This document shows positions 44,689 through 48,472 of a stretch of 48,472 bases of DNA, piece after piece. Position 1 is the first letter of the stretch. Each line of letters opens with the position of its first letter. The position numbers were made by a program, and so were the translations under genes. The DNA comes from Candidatus Atribacteria bacterium (GTDB lineage Bacteria > Bipolaricaulota > Bipolaricaulia > UBA7950 > UBA9294): assembly GCA_004525685.1 (NCBI GenBank), contig SPBW01000001.1:1-48472 (forward strand). Reading direction: 5' to 3'. Below the pieces are notes generated by a model. The model searched no databases. It saw only the letters and a list, made by a program, of their open reading frames with translations, and had not been told where the DNA came from.

Positions 44689-46002
44689 CTATCCTAATGC
44701 GCTCTCAAAGGCGCTTTCAAGAATGCGCAAGCCCTCGTCGATTTGCTCATCCGAGATGACAAGCGATACGAGGACTCTAAGAACATTGCCCTGCAAACCG
44801 GCGGTGGGAAAGATAGCGCCGTTGTACATTGCAGCTGTTGCGATCTTTGAAGTCAGTTCCTTGGCCGGTTCTTTGGTCACACGATCCGTGACGAGCTCCA
44901 TTCCCACCATGGCACCGAGTCCGCGTACATCGCCGATGACGTCGTACTTCTCAGCCAGACGATGGAAGTGATCTTTGATGCGATTGCCCACTCGCGTTGC
45001 CTCTGCCAACAGATCATCCTCATCAATGGCTCGGATAACTTCCAACGCTGCTCGACAAGCAAGCGGGTTGCCTGCATAGGTGCCGCCGATTCCGCTTGCT
45101 ACGGGAGCATCCATGATCTGTGCCTTGCCCACGACGCCTGAGAGGGGCAGCCCTGACCCCAATGACTTGGCTACGCAGATCAAATCAGGCTGCATATCGA
45201 AGTGCTCGAATGCGAAGAACTTGCCAGTGCGACCGATGCCCGACTGCACCTCATCGAGGGCAAGCACAAAGCCGTATTTGTCAGCCAATTGGCGCATGGC
45301 TGGCAAGAACCACGCCGGGGGAACGAGGAAGCCTCCCTCACCGATGACGGGCTCAACAACCATGACCGCGACCTCAGAAGGGTCGACGAGCGAGAGCAGT
45401 GACTGCTCGATCTCTTTGGCGGTGATGGATTTTCGATACTCATAGGGATAGGGAAGTCGATATACATCCGTGGCAAAGGGCCCAAACCCATACTTGTAGG
45501 GCTTGGCTTTGTGGGTCATGGTCATGGCCAGCAGTGTTCTGCCGTGGAATGCGTTCTCAAAGACCAACACTGCCTTGCGCTTGGTGTAGGCGCGGGCGAT
45601 CTTGACGGCATTCTCAACAGCTTCAGCACCGCTGTTGAAGAAGGCGGCCTTCTTGGGGCCATCAATGGCTGTATGCTCGCACAGAACTTGCGCAAGCTCG
45701 ATGAATGGTGCGTAGGGGACAGCCGTAAAATCGGTGTGCAAGTAGGCATCAATCTGATCCTTGAGCGCAGCAACCACACGTTCATTGCGCTGGCCGACGG
45801 CAAGACATCCCCATCCGCCTGAGAAGTCGAGGAAGCGATTGCCATCCAGATCCTCGATCACGGCCCCCTTCGCATGCTTGACGATGAAGGGCGCGTAGGT
45901 CTCCAACGGAGCGGCCACGTACTTGGCCTTTGTTGCGAAGACTTCAGCCGACTTGGGGCCGGGTAGCTTAGTTTGAATCCGGGTGAATTGACGGTCGATC
46001 AT
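44689..46002 (-). CDS. gabT: class III PLP aminotransferase, 4-aminobutyrate aminotransferase-like
   Basis: LPGPKS N-terminus, DEVQSGIGRTGKFFAFEH, and PLP-lysine context VAKSLGSGLPLSG. SD GAGGAGG. Substrate is inferred from family pattern only. Confidence 0.8.
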   Translation of the reverse strand: MIDRQFTRIQTKLPGPKSAEVFATKAKYVAAPLETYAPFIVKHAKGAVIEDLDGNRFLDFSGGWGCLAVGQRNERVVAALKDQIDAYLHTDFTAVPYAPFIELAQVLCEHTAIDGPKKAAFFNSGAEAVENAVKIARAYTKRKAVLVFENAFHGRTLLAMTMTHKAKPYKYGFGPFATDVYRLPYPYEYRKSITAKEIEQSLLSLVDPSEVAVMVVEPVIGEGGFLVPPAWFLPAMRQLADKYGFVLALDEVQSGIGRTGKFFAFEHFDMQPDLICVAKSLGSGLPLSGVVGKAQIMDAPVASGIGGTYAGNPLACRAALEVIRAIDEDDLLAEATRVGNRIKDHFHRLAEKYDVIGDVRGLGAMVGMELVTDRVTKEPAKELTSKIATAAMYNGAIFPTAGLQGNVLRVLVSLVISDEQIDEGLRILESAFESALG

Positions 46003-46115
46003 CGTTCCTCCTCTATCCCTTCCACAGCTTACAGGCGATGCAGTGGTCCAGAACTACCGCATAACGGACGCATTCGGCCATTCCCACGCAACGGAGACCT
46101 CAACTGCGCAGAGGG

Positions 46116-46171
46116 CTCCACTGCGTGGAGGCATGGGTCCAATCAACGACCTCCACTGCGTGGAGGCATGG
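46116..46171. repeat. two exact 21-bp direct repeats, each containing a 6-7-bp palindrome
   Basis: CTCCACTGCGTGGAGGCATGG at 46116-46136 and 46151-46171 (35-bp period). Each contains CTCCAC-TGC-GTGGAG. A degenerate third copy, CCTCAACTGCGCAGAGG, sits at about 46099. Confidence 0.85.
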
Positions 46172-46212
46172 TACTGAATTGCTGTTTTGAGTTTCAATGA
46201 GTCAGAAGACAT

Positions 46213-47061
46213 CTACTCAACAACCGTGATGCGACCGGGTGGAACCAACGTGACCTCGAAATCCAGTCCATCCAACTGGCCTCCGGCGGCCTCGATCTTG
46301 CGAAGCTGAGCCTTGTAGCGGCTGGAGATATGCACGCAATAGAGATGTTTCTTGACACGCGCATCGCGGGCGCAGGCAATCGCCTCAGTCAGGGTTGCGT
46401 GCTTATATTCCTTCCGATCACTCTCGTCCAAGAAGGTTGTGTCGTGACAGAGAACCTCCGTGTCAGCAATGTACGCAGGCTTGATAGCAACAGAATCGCC
46501 GCCATACGAGAAGAGCTTCTGATGATAGTTTTCAGACACCGCGTCTCGGCCCTGTGACCTCACCTTGGCGACGATCTCTTCTTGAGAAAGGCCCGCCAAG
46601 CTCGGCTTGAGACGATGGCGAACCTCCACGACGTTGTATCCGAGCGAGACCTCATTGCTAACGTGGACTGTGGGAAACGCCTCGACGTAGCGTGGCATCT
46701 GGCAATCCAGAAGCTCAATACGATCCCCCGGCTCGACGGGAATCCACTCCAATTGATAGTCGAGCCGGCGATTGGTGCGAGAGATGTACTTCATCATCTC
46801 TAGGATGAGGAAGTTGTCTTTGGGGTAGTAGACCGACAGTTGTTTCTCTTTATCGCCCATGGCGTTGTTGCGGATATTCACCAGCCCAATCAAGCCGCTG
46901 ATGTGATCGGCGTGCCCGTGCGACAAGAAGATGTGGCGAATGGCGAACGCCTTGTTCCCAAGAATGGAGCTGGCACCCTCGCCAGCGTCGAACAGAATGC
47001 GGTCTGCGCTGTAGTAGATCCACGTCGAATACAGCGCCTTGGAGTACATCAGCAATCGCAT
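46213..47061 (-). CDS. MBL-fold metallo-hydrolase, RNase Z-like
   Basis: ILFDAGEG, IFLSHGHADHISGL (HxHxDH) and LSVYYPKD follow the short RNase Z pattern. Start set at ATG 47061 (MRLLMYSK). Confidence 0.75.
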   Translation of the reverse strand: MRLLMYSKALYSTWIYYSADRILFDAGEGASSILGNKAFAIRHIFLSHGHADHISGLIGLVNIRNNAMGDKEKQLSVYYPKDNFLILEMMKYISRTNRRLDYQLEWIPVEPGDRIELLDCQMPRYVEAFPTVHVSNEVSLGYNVVEVRHRLKPSLAGLSQEEIVAKVRSQGRDAVSENYHQKLFSYGGDSVAIKPAYIADTEVLCHDTTFLDESDRKEYKHATLTEAIACARDARVKKHLYCVHISSRYKAQLRKIEAAGGQLDGLDFEVTLVPPGRITVVE

Positions 47062-47237
47062 AGGTCGTCCCCTCGTTTCCGGTACAATCGGCACCCCTTT
47101 TCAGCTCAGGTGCTTGTGAGAGGCCATTATACTCGCTGAGAGGGCAGTGGAAAACCTGATGGGAACCGGAGTGTAATGTATATCATTGTTGGTCGGCGGT
47201 TTCTCTCCTAGAATTGAACAGGGAATGGAGGCAGTAG

Positions 47238-48472
47238 ATGATTGAGCTTCGTCTGATTCGCGAACAGCGTGAGGACATCGAGGCGCGTCTAAGGACGCGC
47301 GATGCGTCGGTCGATCTCTCAGAGATCGTCGACCTTGATGAGCGCAGACGAGAACTGATTTCGCAGGTCGAGCAGCTCAAAGCAGAACGCAATCAAGGAT
47401 CTCAAGAAGTCGGGCGCCGCAAGCGTGACGGTGAGAGTGCAGATGAGTTGATGGCCTCTCTCGCACAGCTGGCGGATCGCATCGCCTTATTGGATGACGA
47501 GTTGCGCGACGCACAGTCTCGTATCGATGAACTGCTATCGCTACTTCCCAACGTGCCGCATGAATCTGTGCCCGTGGGCAAGAAGGACGACTACGTCGTC
47601 CTAAAGACCGTGGGCGAGAAGCCCGAACATACGTTTCCTGTGAAGCATCATCTTGAGTTGGCAGAGTCAAAGGGAATCCTAGACTTCGCTAGGGCAGCAA
47701 TGATTGCCGGCGCCAAATTCCCCATGTACGTGGGCGCAGCGGCTCGACTAGAGATGGCGCTGATCCAGTTCATGTTCTTCAGACATGCGAATCATGGCTA
47801 CACGCCCGTTTTGCCGCCATTCATGGCCAATTCGAGAAGCTTCTACGTATCCAGCCAATTGCCGAAATTCAAGGATGAAATCTACCATTGTGAACGCGAT
47901 GACCTCTATCTCAACCCGACGGCAGAGAGTCTGCTCGTCAATCTGCATCAGGATGAGATTCTTGAGGCAGCCGATCTGCCCAAGCAGTACGTGGCCTATA
48001 CCCCCTGCTTCCGTCGAGAGGCTGGCAGCTACGGCGAGGAAGAACGAGGGCTCATCCGCATGCATCAATTCAACAAGGTGGAGATGTTCAAATTCACCAC
48101 GCCCGAATCTTCGTATGACGAGTTGGAGAAGATCATTGCTGACGCCGAAGGCGTACTGCAGGCGCTTGGGTTGCACTACCGCGTCGTTCTCCTACCGACG
48201 CAGGATATGGCGCAGCAAGCGACCAAGACGGTCGATCTTGAGGTTTACCTGCCTGGCCAAGGTCGCTACTACGAGGTCTCATCTTGCAGCAACTGCGAAG
48301 CGTTCCAAGCGCGTCGCGGAAACATCCGCTATCGACCCGCGCCCAAGGAGAAGCCCCAATATGTTCACACACTGAATGGATCGGGGCTGGCCACGTCGCG
48401 CCTGATGGCAGCCATTCTGGAGAACAATCAAGGTGAAGATGGATCTGTCCGCATCCCTGAGGTGCTTGTGCC
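47238..48472 (+). CDS. serS: seryl-tRNA synthetase, 3'-truncated by the window end
   Basis: Not in the ORF track because there is no stop in the window. My translation from ATG 47238 (GGAGG 6 nt upstream) reads MIELRLIREQREDIEARL... with a coiled-coil arm. It then shows class II motifs YLNPTAES, TPCFRREAGSYG...RGLIRMHQFNKVE and LNGSGLATSRLMAAILEN. Confidence 0.9.
   Translation, partial: MIELRLIREQREDIEARLRTRDASVDLSEIVDLDERRRELISQVEQLKAERNQGSQEVGRRKRDGESADELMASLAQLADRIALLDDELRDAQSRIDELLSLLPNVPHESVPVGKKDDYVVLKTVGEKPEHTFPVKHHLELAESKGILDFARAAMIAGAKFPMYVGAAARLEMALIQFMFFRHANHGYTPVLPPFMANSRSFYVSSQLPKFKDEIYHCERDDLYLNPTAESLLVNLHQDEILEAADLPKQYVAYTPCFRREAGSYGEEERGLIRMHQFNKVEMFKFTTPESSYDELEKIIADAEGVLQALGLHYRVVLLPTQDMAQQATKTVDLEVYLPGQGRYYEVSSCSNCEAFQARRGNIRYRPAPKEKPQYVHTLNGSGLATSRLMAAILENNQGEDGSVRIPEVLV

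Noticed and set aside
46116-46171. Possible CRISPR array.
   Set aside because: There are only two exact 21-bp copies, too short for a CRISPR repeat, with a 14-bp spacer and no cas genes in the window.
47095-47237. T-box or other leader upstream of serS.
   Set aside because: Only about 140 nt separate it from the divergent MBL gene, too short for a T-box. I could not find a specifier/antiterminator arrangement. The SD is directly accessible.
47748-48375. Two long ORFs (142 aa on the minus strand, 196 aa on the plus strand) in the last kilobase of the window.
   Set aside because: They lie inside and out of frame with, or antisense to, a continuous serS reading frame that starts at 47238. That frame carries unmistakable class II synthetase motifs. 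The ORF translations are Arg/Ser/Cys-rich shadow sequence.

Overview
This 48.5-kb window is gene-dense bacterial chromosome, moderately GC-rich by eye. It holds about 50 protein genes, one tRNA and no rRNA. I see no CRISPR array, transposase, integrase or phage genes.

Most of the content is housekeeping.
- Central carbon metabolism: acs plus an MFS transporter, accD-accA, a class II aldolase with pfk, a four-subunit 2-oxoacid:ferredoxin oxidoreductase, and a GabT-like aminotransferase.
- Translation and RNA: rpmB, rpmF, tsaB, orn, dtd, rsfS, an RNase Z-like MBL hydrolase, tRNA-Met(CAT), an MtaB-like methylthiotransferase and phoH. A 3'-truncated serS runs off the window end and is missing from the ORF track.
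- DNA: ruvB, a UvrD-type helicase fused to a Cas4-like nuclease, and hup.
- Division and envelope: ftsZ, an LCP protein, an SLT transglycosylase, MscS, PspC and a cation/H+ antiporter.

Many ORF-track starts are upstream GTG/TTG over-extensions. I re-set them using Shine-Dalgarno (SD) sites and stop/start coupling (ATGA, GTGA).

I do not see a convincing multi-gene novel system such as a defence island. The unusual signals are at domain and architecture level:
1. ftsZ has a ~100-aa N-terminal extension that resembles DnaA domain I.
2. A hydrogenase-maturation-type endopeptidase is translationally coupled to accD-accA, with no hydrogenase in the window.
3. A tRNA abuts an RNase H-like ORF that lacks two catalytic carboxylates and is coupled to dtd.
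4. An in-frame TAG sits at a conserved repeat position of a secreted DJ-1/beta-propeller protein.
5. AMMECR1 is coupled to a MiaB/MtaB-family radical SAM enzyme.
6. A PPDK-N-like ATP-grasp protein lacks the phosphohistidine domain.
7. Tandem 21-bp palindrome-bearing repeats lie upstream of gabT.
8. Several SD-less genes have leaderless-type promoter geometry.

All homology calls are by-eye motif recognition and need HMM or BLAST confirmation.
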